From: an uncultured Alphaproteobacteria bacterium
GTDB lineage: Bacteria; Pseudomonadota; Alphaproteobacteria; HIMB59; GCA-002718135
Assembly: GCA_902522865.1 (NCBI GenBank)
Contig: CABYXC010000009.1
Coordinates: 2,007 to 66,006 of the forward strand
DNA: 64,000 nt
Direction of reading: 5' to 3'
Shown: one piece after another, positions 37,952 to 47,700 of the stretch
Layout of the letters: each line of letters opens with the position of its first letter
How positions within the stretch are numbered: position 1 is the first letter of the stretch
Position numbers and translations under genes: made by a program
Notes under the pieces: generated by a model
What the model saw: only the letters and a program-made list of their open reading frames with translations
Database searches by the model: none
Told to the model about the DNA's origin: nothing

Positions 37952-38496
37952 TAATCTTTTATTCTTCCAACGACATTAAGATTTTGATCAGCTATTAATA
38001 TTTCACCGGAAGTTACTGCCTGACCAAAGATAGCAGCGATTACTACGTAGTGTGTAACAAATACTATATTACCTTCATTTTCTAAATTGTTTATAAAATT
38101 AATTAATTTTTCTAGTTGTGGCTCTTTATTTTTATAAAATTTTGGATCATAAAAAGAATTAAGAGCATTAAACGTTTCAAATTTTTTGAATGCTAGATTT
38201 GCTGTTTCTTTACAACGACACCATTCACTAGATAAAACTAAATCTATAGAAATATTATTTGTGTCAAAAAAATTCCCTAATTCAATAGATTGTTCTCTAC
38301 CAACACTATTAAGATTCCGCTGAGTAGAACAATCAATAATATCAAAATTATCAGGATCTCCATTACCAGGAGCTAATGCATGTCGAATAAATATTAATTT
38401 ATTGTTTTGTTTTAATAGCTCTACATAATCTGAATTAGCATTACCTGATAAAGAATAAAAAAAAGTAAGTAGAATAATAATTAATTTCTTAATCAA
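37948..38496 (-). CDS. secreted histidine phosphatase-superfamily protein (PGAM-like branch)
   Basis: Signal peptide MIKKLIIILLTFFYSLSGNA, the RHG-type motif FIRHALAPG, RCKETA, and late VTHY. It overlaps the upstream PBP gene by 8 nt. Confidence 0.65.
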   Translation of the reverse strand: MIKKLIIILLTFFYSLSGNANSDYVELLKQNNKLIFIRHALAPGNGDPDNFDIIDCSTQRNLNSVGREQSIELGNFFDTNNISIDLVLSSEWCRCKETANLAFKKFETFNALNSFYDPKFYKNKEPQLEKLINFINNLENEGNIVFVTHYVVIAAIFGQAVTSGEILIADQNLNVVGRIKDY

Positions 38497-39808
38497 TTAT
38501 AATTCTTGGCTCAAAAGGGTGAAGTTTTTCTAAACGCTCAACTGACCAAAGATTATCATCTGTGACTTGGTTTAAAGAATACATACCTTCCACATCGCCG
38601 TTAATATCAAAATCTAGTGATCCAGAAACACCCTCATAATTAATTTCAACACCACGAAGAAGTAAAGCTCTAGCGGCTTCCCAACTTCCAGGTCCCATTT
38701 TTATTCCAGGTGGGTTAGCAACACTAACTAAACTTTTTGATAAATCTTCCTTTGCAATATTATTTTGTGCCTGATGCTGTAGTGCCAAAGCTGCTAACAT
38801 CATTGTATCAAAACTTATAGCAGAATAAGGAGAATTAGGATCAACACCTGCGTTCAACATTATATTTGCGTAAGTTTGGAATTCTTCTGAACTTTGTGAA
38901 GTTGCTTGGGCAACAATAGTTGTATTTTTATTTAACTGGATTGGAATATAGGAATAGATTAAATCTTTAACTTCATTCGTTAACATACTATCAGAACCAT
39001 AATGATGTTTAAAAATACCTGAAGTTTCTAGTTCTTGTAATCTGGTCAAAACAGTATTTACAAATTGTTCTAGTAAATTAACTGTTCGTTCATTTCCGTG
39101 AAGGAACATGACTAAACCGGGTTGATTATTATCTATAGCAATATCAACAAATGTATTAATGAAGTTTTGATTGATCAGTGTCTTATCAGTTAGTAAAGTA
39201 TTGAATAACACTATACCTTCTTGTTCGGTATAAACTTTTAAAAAATTTTGAGCGAGTGTAGAATTATAATTATCATCACCGTAGAGAAGAATTATTTCTC
39301 TTATGTTTTTAGATAGTAGATAATTGGCAATGGATGTTGATTGTTGAATATCAGAAGGAATAGTTCTAAAAAATAAATCATTATCTTCAATTGTTGAAAG
39401 TAACGGGTAACTAGCAGAAGAAGAAATCGTTAAAATATTGTCTGGAATAGTTGCTCGTTCAATAACTTTAACAGCACTTGTTGAACACGTCGGTCCTAAA
39501 AGGATTTCTGGATCATTATTTTTTAAATAGGCATTTAAACTTTCTTCTGTTTTTGTAGGATCGCATCCTGTATCAATAGTATCAATTGATATAAGACCTC
39601 TTCCTACTACACCAATACCGTCCGCATTAATTGTTTCTACAGCAACTCTTTTTGCTTCCGCAATTGCTTCAGCAATTTCACTAACAGGACCACTTTCTGC
39701 GTAAAGGGCTGCAATTTTTACTTCTGCGTATACAAAAGTTGAGTAAAAAAATATGATCTTGAGGATAATTATCGTAAATATTTTCATTATTTGAGATCTT
39801 TTTATCAT
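38489..39808 (-). CDS. type-1 periplasmic binding protein (LivJ / ANF-receptor-like), orphan
   Basis: Signal peptide. KIAALYAESGPVS...AVETINADGG-like start, FRTIPSD..Q, YEGVSGSLDFDINGD. No cognate permease or ATPase genes lie nearby. Confidence 0.7.
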   Translation of the reverse strand: MIKRSQIMKIFTIIILKIIFFYSTFVYAEVKIAALYAESGPVSEIAEAIAEAKRVAVETINADGIGVVGRGLISIDTIDTGCDPTKTEESLNAYLKNNDPEILLGPTCSTSAVKVIERATIPDNILTISSSASYPLLSTIEDNDLFFRTIPSDIQQSTSIANYLLSKNIREIILLYGDDNYNSTLAQNFLKVYTEQEGIVLFNTLLTDKTLINQNFINTFVDIAIDNNQPGLVMFLHGNERTVNLLEQFVNTVLTRLQELETSGIFKHHYGSDSMLTNEVKDLIYSYIPIQLNKNTTIVAQATSQSSEEFQTYANIMLNAGVDPNSPYSAISFDTMMLAALALQHQAQNNIAKEDLSKSLVSVANPPGIKMGPGSWEAARALLLRGVEINYEGVSGSLDFDINGDVEGMYSLNQVTDDNLWSVERLEKLHPFEPRIIID

Positions 39809-39814
39809 AAATTT

Positions 39815-41497
39815 TTAGAATGAAAATGTGGCATTGAGTAAATACACTGGTCTAGAAGTAGTTCCCTCAACACTTTTATCCGCTTCTGCTACTTCAAAAC
39901 TAATATCTAGACTATTAGAATTAAGAGGAATTTTTAATTTAACACCGTACCCGCCACTTGCCACTTCTGTTCGACTAAACTCACCTGAAGCTGGTCGTTT
40001 ATAGTAGGTAGCACCAACACCAAGATGGATATATGGTTCAATACGTATAGACTCTTCCTTTTTATCTTCTTCTCCTTCTAAAAAAGGATAAAAAGGTCTG
40101 CTCAATTCTGTTCGCAGAAAAAAACCTTGATCACCAGACATATTACCTGATTCATAACCAGACATTTGTCCTGGTCCTGTTATATTCATTTGTTCTGAGA
40201 TAATTAAACCTCTATCGCTAACAAGTTTTTGAAAAACAAAACGTGTGTTCAATAAATAATCTCTAAATATTTGCCTATTCAAATTAATATCACTATTCCA
40301 TTTTATAAAATTTAAAGTGGAACCAACACGGGATAATGTTTTTGTATCTGATGTTTTATTTGTATACATAGGAGTACCAAACTTTAAAGCTGAGCTAGCT
40401 TTAAGCGAGAAAGAATCTAAAAAAGATAAGTTAGTAGTTGTATATTTTAACTCTAGAGCATTGTACTCATCGTAAAAGTTATCTTCTGTGATGTTAGGTA
40501 GTATTGAATAATCTCTTCCTTTAATCCATTGCCAATCTAATGAAAGATTATTTTTTATAAGCCTTGTATTTTTTATTTGATATTCAAGACCAAAGTTGAT
40601 TTGTTTGGATTCCCCCTTTTTTTCTAGTCCGTTGGGTTCCGAATAAGATTCATTAACAGCGCCAAATACAGAAAAGTCTGATGCAAGAATTGGTACTTTA
40701 CCACCAACAAGATAGGCTTCTCGAAAATCAGTCCGTTTAATTATTTCTGTATCATCTATTGGCACATTAACACTATTTTCAGGATCTAAGACGTAAGCTG
40801 CATAAATATTTTCACCGTAACCAAAAGGACTGTTAAAACTTAAATAAGAAGTAAACTGATCTTTTCCTGCTGTTTCAGATAATCCATTTGAATAGGTAAA
40901 ATAACCATTAACTAATTTATGTTCAGCGTTTAATTGCAATGAAGAAGTTCCAGGCTCCTCTCCTGCCTTAATCGTAGTTTCTAATTCAACACCTGGTAAT
41001 TCTCGTGATTTAATAATCGATTTTTCAATGACGGGATATTCTAATCCCTTAATACCAACAAGTTTTTTAAAATATTTTTTAATTGGCTTAGAAATACGTT
41101 TATCTAGTTGTGAGTAATCAATTGATTCAATTTTACCAGGAAAAACAATGGCTTTTACCTTAGTATTTTGTTCAATCGTTTGAGGTGGAACAATAAAACG
41201 GGTTAAAAAATATCCATTTAAAACATACAGTTGTTCTAAAGCAATCAATAAATTATAAAAATCTTTTAATGTTATTATTTTAAAAATTTTTGATTTAAAT
41301 AAATTTTTACGAAGCTCTATCATTTCTTCAATTTCATTTTCAATCTCAATACCAACAAAATTAAATGAAATATTTTCTGCACCAGGTGGAATAACTAAAC
41401 CTGTTTCATAAACAATATAATTACCAGTATTAGTAAAAACAGGATATGTCATAAATGAAGTAGAGATAAAAAAGATAAAAGATAAAAAATATCTCAT
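39815..41497 (-). CDS. two-partner-secretion outer-membrane transporter (ShlB/FhaC/HecB family TpsB)
   Basis: Signal peptide and a POTRA-like region (KAIVFPGKIESIDY...LVGIKGLEYPVIEKSIIKSRELPGVE...IKAGEEPGTSSL). Alternating-hydrophobic barrel strands and a terminal ...LLNATFSF. The start codon abuts the tpsA1 stop codon. Confidence 0.85.
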   Translation of the reverse strand: MRYFLSFIFFISTSFMTYPVFTNTGNYIVYETGLVIPPGAENISFNFVGIEIENEIEEMIELRKNLFKSKIFKIITLKDFYNLLIALEQLYVLNGYFLTRFIVPPQTIEQNTKVKAIVFPGKIESIDYSQLDKRISKPIKKYFKKLVGIKGLEYPVIEKSIIKSRELPGVELETTIKAGEEPGTSSLQLNAEHKLVNGYFTYSNGLSETAGKDQFTSYLSFNSPFGYGENIYAAYVLDPENSVNVPIDDTEIIKRTDFREAYLVGGKVPILASDFSVFGAVNESYSEPNGLEKKGESKQINFGLEYQIKNTRLIKNNLSLDWQWIKGRDYSILPNITEDNFYDEYNALELKYTTTNLSFLDSFSLKASSALKFGTPMYTNKTSDTKTLSRVGSTLNFIKWNSDINLNRQIFRDYLLNTRFVFQKLVSDRGLIISEQMNITGPGQMSGYESGNMSGDQGFFLRTELSRPFYPFLEGEEDKKEESIRIEPYIHLGVGATYYKRPASGEFSRTEVASGGYGVKLKIPLNSNSLDISFEVAEADKSVEGTTSRPVYLLNATFSF

Positions 41498-42320
41498 TTA
41501 TAACCTTTGGATACTAATTGCGTCTACCTGAGGAAAAGACGTAATGAATTCATTTTTAATTAAAGCAGCGTTAGACGCACCATCAACAGAAATAAAAGAA
41601 ATTATTCGAGATACGTCATCGAAAACATCTTTATTAATTTTTTCCTGTACAACAATTTTTTCTTTTTCTTCATCTGGTGCTACACCTGGAAGAGGTGGTG
41701 TTGAAGCCCCAGCTAAAATATTTGCTGTTGGTATTGCTTCTAACGCACCAGAATTTTCATTTATTGGAATTGGATTTGATGTAAAACCAGATAATTCATA
41801 ATTTATTGTAACATCTTTATCATTGCCAACATCTGCATCTGCAAAACTGCCAGAAGAACTAATAGAAAGATCTGAACCTGTTAAGTTTAAACCCGATATA
41901 GTGCCACCACTTGTAGTGGCCGTTGTAGTTCCATCATATGTTTTATCATTTGCCGAAGCACCTGATACTGTAAAGTTAGCTGACATTAAAGATCCAGTTG
42001 TAGCCGTAACAGTTGAAAGATTAATATCTCCCATACTTGCATTTGTTAATGTGCCTCCATCTAAAAGTTGTATATTGAGATCTTCAGCCGTCAAACTTGC
42101 TAAACTAGCTACTACATCACCTGCTCCCGCATCTCTATCGCTATCAGAAACACTATTATCATTTGAATCACTTGCAATAATTTCTAAATTTGATGCGGTG
42201 TTAATATTGCTATTAATGTTTACATCTCTTCCTGCATGAAGGTTGAGACTACCCGTACCAGTGACAGTAATGGCAGAACTAATAGTGATGTCAGTATTAG
42301 CTTGAAGAGTAACATCAACA
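41498..42320 (-). repeat. tpsA 3' conserved module, copy 1 (more divergent); approximate inner edge
   Basis: Starts VDVTLQANTDITISSAITVTGTGSLNLHAGRDVNIN and contains DKTYDGTTTAT. Confidence 0.7.
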
Positions 42321-45300
42321 CCGTTATTCAGAAATTCTTCTAATTCTGTTTTATTAATTACGATATCATCACTTGCATAATCTGTATAAGACGTATTACC
42401 TCGGATAATTGTATCTGACCATAAAGATATATCGCCAGTATTATCACCCGCATCGCTTGCACCATCACCTTTAGCACTTCCTGCAACCATTAAGGTACCA
42501 GTATCATCTAGAGCAATATAATTTGGAAATTGGTCAGCATCTGCTAATGTTGCCGTAGAAGTATCAAGTTCATTCGTACCTGTTTTACCAAAACCAATAG
42601 TATATTGTAAACTTGCACCAGTTAGAGAGGTATCTTCAAAACCAAATAAATATATATCATCTTCAGCAAAATCCCCTATTGCTATTCTATTACCATCACC
42701 ATCAACAGCAACTGTAGCCGCCCCCCAACCAGTTATTGGTGTTTCACCAGATGCTGAAGTATCATAATTTTTACCTCCAGTGTAATTATTCCCTATGGAA
42801 GCTGCATATGTGGCACCAGTAAAATCTGAGTCACTAAAAGTAAACAAGTGTACCGCTCCATAATTATCATCAGCATCATTTGTTGTATTTTTTCCATCAT
42901 CTTTAGGTGAACTTACTGCTAAGATTTTTCCATCTGCTGTTAAACCAAGCCCTATTCCAAATTGATCATTATTGCTTAATATATTAAGTCCGTTATCACC
43001 CAAGTCCAAACTCTTTGTTAAAGTATTTGTAGGGGCATAATCTATTCCTATTGTTCCAACATGAGTTGGGTTATTAAAATCAGTTGATGGGTTTCCATCA
43101 CTATTTGTTGTTTGATCAAATGTGATTAAGTAAACTGCTCCAGCATTACTATGACCTCCATTTGCTCCATCATCTTTCATTGCTCCAACTGCAAGACGTG
43201 ATCCATCATCAGTCAAAGATAATGAAGTAAAACTATCACCAGAACCAAGAGTACCAATTGATAAATCATAACTAGATGAATTATAAGTATGTCCAATTGT
43301 TCCTACGTGTGTTGGATTAGTAAAATTTGTATCATCAAATTTTATTGTATACACTGAACCACTATCAACCCCGCCTGATGTACCACTAAGTTGAGACAAA
43401 ACTAATCTATCCCCGTCACCATCTAAGGCGGTTCTCCAAATATAATCACCAGCTGTTAAATCATCTAAGTCTAAACTATAAGTTCCAGTGTAACCTTTTC
43501 CAATTGTCCCTACGTGTGTTGGATTTTTAAATGCTGAGCCATCATCGAAGGTAAATAAAAAAACAGCACCAGTATCTGTTGCGCTATCATCCGCTCCATC
43601 AACTCTAGCAGCAACTATGGCCATTCTATTACCATCACTGTCTAAGGCAGTTCCTTGACCAAATCTATCATCATCATCAAGATCAATATCTAGAGAACTA
43701 CTTCCCGCACTTCCATAACCATATCCAATTTTTCCGTACAAACTTCCACCTGTAAATTCATCATCATTAAATCTAATGAGCATAACTTCACCACTTCTAC
43801 CTAATGACCCTCCATTCCCATCTGCATACATTGATGACATTACAAGGCGACTACCTGTTTCATTCAAGGCTACACCTTCACCAAATTGATCATTATTAGA
43901 TAATGAACTTTCCACATCTATATCTTTTTCTCCTGTATAACGGTTTCCGATTGTTCCAACGTAGGTTGCAGAAGCAAGGTTGTCGGTTAGCGTATATAAA
44001 TTTACAGCTCCTGATTTAGGGTTGTTACCACCAGGGTTAGATTGATCCCAGTAGCCAACAGCTAATCGATCAGCATCTTTATCAAAGGCAACAGAGTTTC
44101 CAAATCGATCTCCATTAGCCAAAGTTACTGCATGAACATTTTCGTCACTTGCATCAAGATAATCATAATCTTTTCCTATAGATCCAATATAGGTTGGTAT
44201 ACCTGTTGCAGCAGAAACAAGGCTTCCACTATTCATAAACTTAAATAATCGTACAGCACCTGAGTTACCTTGATTATTATTTTTACCATTATCTCGCCAA
44301 GATCCAATAGCAAGCAGAGAACCATCGTGATTAAAAGAAACTGCTGAACCTAATTCATCGTTTTTTTTGGGGGTTAAATCAGTATCGCTATTCGTATCAA
44401 AATCATTTGCGATTACAGCACACATGTTAGTTTTCGCACAATCACTGTTAGTGCTTAAATTTTGATAACCATTGCCAATTCGTGAAACAACTTTACCTCC
44501 AGAAAAATCTGTATCATCAAAAGCAATTATAAATACTCCGCCAACTCTATCTTTTTGATAATTATTAACATGTTCTTCAAAACCATCATCACCTTTTAAT
44601 CCAACAGCCAGAACATCTGCATCACCGTCTAATGCTACACTTGAACCAAATAAATCCCAATCACTTAAAGTATTACCTTTTTTAACAATTCCCTGTCGAA
44701 ATAAATTCACATCCTTAGATCCTGTATAACCACCTCCTATTATTCCAGTAATTTCACCACCTGAGTAAGAAGTATCATCAAAGCTTATTAGATAAACCGC
44801 ACCAGCTTCTGTTGTGCCATCTTTTTTTGCATCATCACCTGTTGCTCCAACTGCCAATCTAGTCCCTGTACTATTAAAAGATACAGAGCGACCAAACTTG
44901 TCATCCTTTTGAAGAAATGAATTATCTACATTTTTTCCTCCAGTGTATCCTTTTCCAATACGACCTATCAGTGTTGCATTAGTATAATTTCCATCATCAA
45001 ATTGGTACAAATATACCACTCCAGTTCTTTTATTATTATTTGATTTACCATTTCTAGCACCTACAGCCATTAAAGTAGCATCATCACTGATTGCTATAGC
45101 ACTTCCAAAATTTTCAACCTTAGTTAGATTAGACTCCCCTACATCGTTTGTTGATGTAGGGGCATAGTCCTTTCCAATTAAGCCCAAATGAATCCAGTTT
45201 TGAGACGTTACACCCGTTCCAACAGTAATATTTTTTGGATCAAGTAATAATTGGCCACCCTCTGATATATTGACATTTGATAATCCAACATGTCGTAATG

Positions 45301-46828
45301 TGTCTTTGGAGGAAATTTCAACAGCACCTCCTGTTATGCCTGTTGCATCAATATTACCAAGCATAGTCGTTTCTTGATCACTCCAAATGATTGCTGTACC
45401 TGCATCGCCATTAGAAGAGGAAATATCAATATTCGATCCATCTGATATTAAAATAGTTTTTGCGTTAACAAGTGATCGTCTTTCACCCCACCTATCAATA
45501 AAAACATCTTGTTGCTGGGTAGTTCTTGTTAAATTATTATTACCCTGAAATTCTCCCCCAATACGAACTAACCCTCCATGGGTATTACCTGCTACATTAA
45601 TATCAGTAGATAATAAACGAATGTAACCTTCAGACTCTATATCAATGAAACCGCCTTGTTGACTGCCTTTTGAAGACATAGAGCCTGAAGACATAATGTT
45701 TGGTGCTGATACTAGAATATTACCACCCTTAGTATTTCCTGATGTATTAATTTCACTGCCATGACTTTGAATAATTTTATAATCAGATTGAATATCAATT
45801 TTACCACCAGCATTAGTAGAGGAAGAAGCATTTAGAGTTCCACCTAAAGATATTTCACCTGTACTATTAAAACTTATTGTTCCTGCATTTGCACCTGACA
45901 CATCAACTTTACCGCCAAAAGATAAAAAGTTACCTTCTGCGTTAATTTTACCATTTTCTTTGGCTGTTAAATTTCCTGCAACGACAATATCACCTGCACC
46001 CCCAAGGGTAATGACGCCATTTTTTTGTGAGGCCGTAGTTGCAACAAGATTTCCTGGAATGTTAACAGCACGCTGAACAACATTTTTGGCAGCACCAACA
46101 TCAATGTCTATTCTATTTGCCGTTGATGTTCCTACATGATTGATAATGGTATTTAATTCTTCTGCATTTTGATCGAGTAACGTTATCGCTTCACTAAATG
46201 GAATGCTTACTTGTAAAAATTTATCACCGCTCAAGTCTAACGTAATTTCTTTTCCAGCCCCTATTCCAATTTTACCAAGGTTCGCATTAATCGTACCTTC
46301 ATTATTAATAGCGCCACCTAAGAGAGCAGTAAAACCTCCATCCAAAGTAGTAATGGAACCTTTATGAATAATAGAAGAAAAAATATTATTTACATTATCT
46401 GCTTTAAATAAAAATTTATTATTGAGAAAATCATCATTGGATAAAGCCAGCGTGGAGGCAGCAAAGGAATGCGCATTGATTGTCGACGTGGGTGTAAAGT
46501 AAACACCGTTTTCATTCACCACAAAAACTTTACCATTGGCATTTAATACACCAGCAAGCGTTGTTGGATTTCCTGAGACAACTCTATTTAAAGCACTTGC
46601 ATTAACAGAAGGTTGATTAAAGGTTACACTATTTTGTGCGCCAATATCAAAACTCGTCCATTCAATAATTGATTGTTCGGAAGACTGGGTAATCGTCATG
46701 GAATTTTGTGATGAACTGACAGAAATATCCCCGGAGATAATATTTTCCCCGCTTGGAAGAGAGGAAGCGTAGACGAATTGTGTTTCTAGAAAGAGAAAAG
46801 TGAGAAGAAAAATAAAAGCATTTTTCAT
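41498..46828 (-). CDS. TpsA-type giant exoprotein 1 (TPS domain + beta-helix + about 12 FG-GAP-like repeats + conserved C-module), 1776 aa
   Basis: Signal peptide. The TPS (haemagglutination-activity) domain reads IIEWTSFDIG...ALNRVVSGNPTTLAGVLNANGKVFVVNENGVYF...AHSFAASTLALSNDDF. Gly/Asn/Ser/Thr-rich beta-helix repeats follow, then repeated xDxFGxSVAxDxDGxRLAVG...GAVYLFxFDD units and a C-terminal KTYDGTTTAT motif. Confidence 0.9.
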   Translation of the reverse strand: MKNAFIFLLTFLFLETQFVYASSLPSGENIISGDISVSSSQNSMTITQSSEQSIIEWTSFDIGAQNSVTFNQPSVNASALNRVVSGNPTTLAGVLNANGKVFVVNENGVYFTPTSTINAHSFAASTLALSNDDFLNNKFLFKADNVNNIFSSIIHKGSITTLDGGFTALLGGAINNEGTINANLGKIGIGAGKEITLDLSGDKFLQVSIPFSEAITLLDQNAEELNTIINHVGTSTANRIDIDVGAAKNVVQRAVNIPGNLVATTASQKNGVITLGGAGDIVVAGNLTAKENGKINAEGNFLSFGGKVDVSGANAGTISFNSTGEISLGGTLNASSSTNAGGKIDIQSDYKIIQSHGSEINTSGNTKGGNILVSAPNIMSSGSMSSKGSQQGGFIDIESEGYIRLLSTDINVAGNTHGGLVRIGGEFQGNNNLTRTTQQQDVFIDRWGERRSLVNAKTILISDGSNIDISSSNGDAGTAIIWSDQETTMLGNIDATGITGGAVEISSKDTLRHVGLSNVNISEGGQLLLDPKNITVGTGVTSQNWIHLGLIGKDYAPTSTNDVGESNLTKVENFGSAIAISDDATLMAVGARNGKSNNNKRTGVVYLYQFDDGNYTNATLIGRIGKGYTGGKNVDNSFLQKDDKFGRSVSFNSTGTRLAVGATGDDAKKDGTTEAGAVYLISFDDTSYSGGEITGIIGGGYTGSKDVNLFRQGIVKKGNTLSDWDLFGSSVALDGDADVLAVGLKGDDGFEEHVNNYQKDRVGGVFIIAFDDTDFSGGKVVSRIGNGYQNLSTNSDCAKTNMCAVIANDFDTNSDTDLTPKKNDELGSAVSFNHDGSLLAIGSWRDNGKNNNQGNSGAVRLFKFMNSGSLVSAATGIPTYIGSIGKDYDYLDASDENVHAVTLANGDRFGNSVAFDKDADRLAVGYWDQSNPGGNNPKSGAVNLYTLTDNLASATYVGTIGNRYTGEKDIDVESSLSNNDQFGEGVALNETGSRLVMSSMYADGNGGSLGRSGEVMLIRFNDDEFTGGSLYGKIGYGYGSAGSSSLDIDLDDDDRFGQGTALDSDGNRMAIVAARVDGADDSATDTGAVFLFTFDDGSAFKNPTHVGTIGKGYTGTYSLDLDDLTAGDYIWRTALDGDGDRLVLSQLSGTSGGVDSGSVYTIKFDDTNFTNPTHVGTIGHTYNSSSYDLSIGTLGSGDSFTSLSLTDDGSRLAVGAMKDDGANGGHSNAGAVYLITFDQTTNSDGNPSTDFNNPTHVGTIGIDYAPTNTLTKSLDLGDNGLNILSNNDQFGIGLGLTADGKILAVSSPKDDGKNTTNDADDNYGAVHLFTFSDSDFTGATYAASIGNNYTGGKNYDTSASGETPITGWGAATVAVDGDGNRIAIGDFAEDDIYLFGFEDTSLTGASLQYTIGFGKTGTNELDTSTATLADADQFPNYIALDDTGTLMVAGSAKGDGASDAGDNTGDISLWSDTIIRGNTSYTDYASDDIVINKTELEEFLNNGVDVTLQANTDITISSAITVTGTGSLNLHAGRDVNINSNINTASNLEIIASDSNDNSVSDSDRDAGAGDVVASLASLTAEDLNIQLLDGGTLTNASMGDINLSTVTATTGSLMSANFTVSGASANDKTYDGTTTATTSGGTISGLNLTGSDLSISSSGSFADADVGNDKDVTINYELSGFTSNPIPINENSGALEAIPTANILAGASTPPLPGVAPDEEKEKIVVQEKINKDVFDDVSRIISFISVDGASNAALIKNEFITSFPQVDAISIQRL
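45200..46828 (-). repeat. tpsA 5' conserved module, copy 1 (signal peptide to LLLDPKNI boundary); approximate inner edge
   Basis: About 540 codons alignable between all three tpsA genes, ending ...SKDTLRHVGL...GGQLLLDPKNIT. Confidence 0.75.
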
Positions 46829-46834
46829 AAATGC

Positions 46835-47700
46835 TTATAGACTTTGAAAACCTAAACCTTCAGTATTTGGAGTAGATTGTATGTTGGCTTCTCTTGCTAA
46901 TTGAAGGGACATATTTGATCCAACTATAGCGTCTACAGATACGAAAGGAACAATTTTGTTAATGTCTCCAATCATGTTTTCCACAATTTCTGTTTGATCA
47001 TTACTGGTCACTTCTACATTATTATTTTCGATTGAAGAACTGCTCGAACTTGTCCCAGTTATAGCTGCTGTGACACTCTCGGTAATAGCAGTACTACTCG
47101 TATCTGTCACATCCATCGTGCTACTTAAATAGCCACTGAGATCATAGTCCACTGTTGCATCTTTTGCTGCACCAATAGTTGCTGATGTGAATGTGGCTGT
47201 ATTTACAAGTGCTAAGTCACTACCAACTAATGTTAATCCTGAAACAGATCCCGTTGTAGCAACTGTTGCTGACGTTGTGCCATCGTGCGCTTTATCACTG
47301 ACAGCTGCTCCCGAACCACTAAAGTTTGCTGATTGCAGTGTTCCTGTTGTAGCCGTAATAGTAGCAAGTTCAATGTTCCCCATACTGGCATTACTCACAC
47401 CACTGCCGTTATTAAGTGTTATATCTAAATCACTTGCCGATAAACTTATAGATGTTGTTCCATCACTTTCATAGGCCGCTAAAATATCACCGGTTCCGCT
47501 ATCACGCTGCGCACTCACGACATTATTAGCACTAGTATCACTGGCAATAATTGCTAAATTGCCAGAAGTACTAATTGACTTATTAATATCAACATCACGT
47601 CCAGCATGCAGACTTAATGTTCCTGTGCCAGTTGTTGTAATGGGCGCGTTAATTATAATATCGGTGTTCGCTTGAAGTGTCACATTCACATTGGTATCAA
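46835..47700 (-). repeat. tpsA 3' conserved module, copy 2; approximate inner edge
   Basis: Starts VNVTLQANTDIIINAPITTTGTGTLSLHAGRDVDINKSISTSGNLAIIASD. By manual alignment there are about 26 mismatches in the first 210 aa against copy 3, and the DNA is visibly near-identical (e.g. 47500-47640 vs 51240-51380). Confidence 0.8.
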
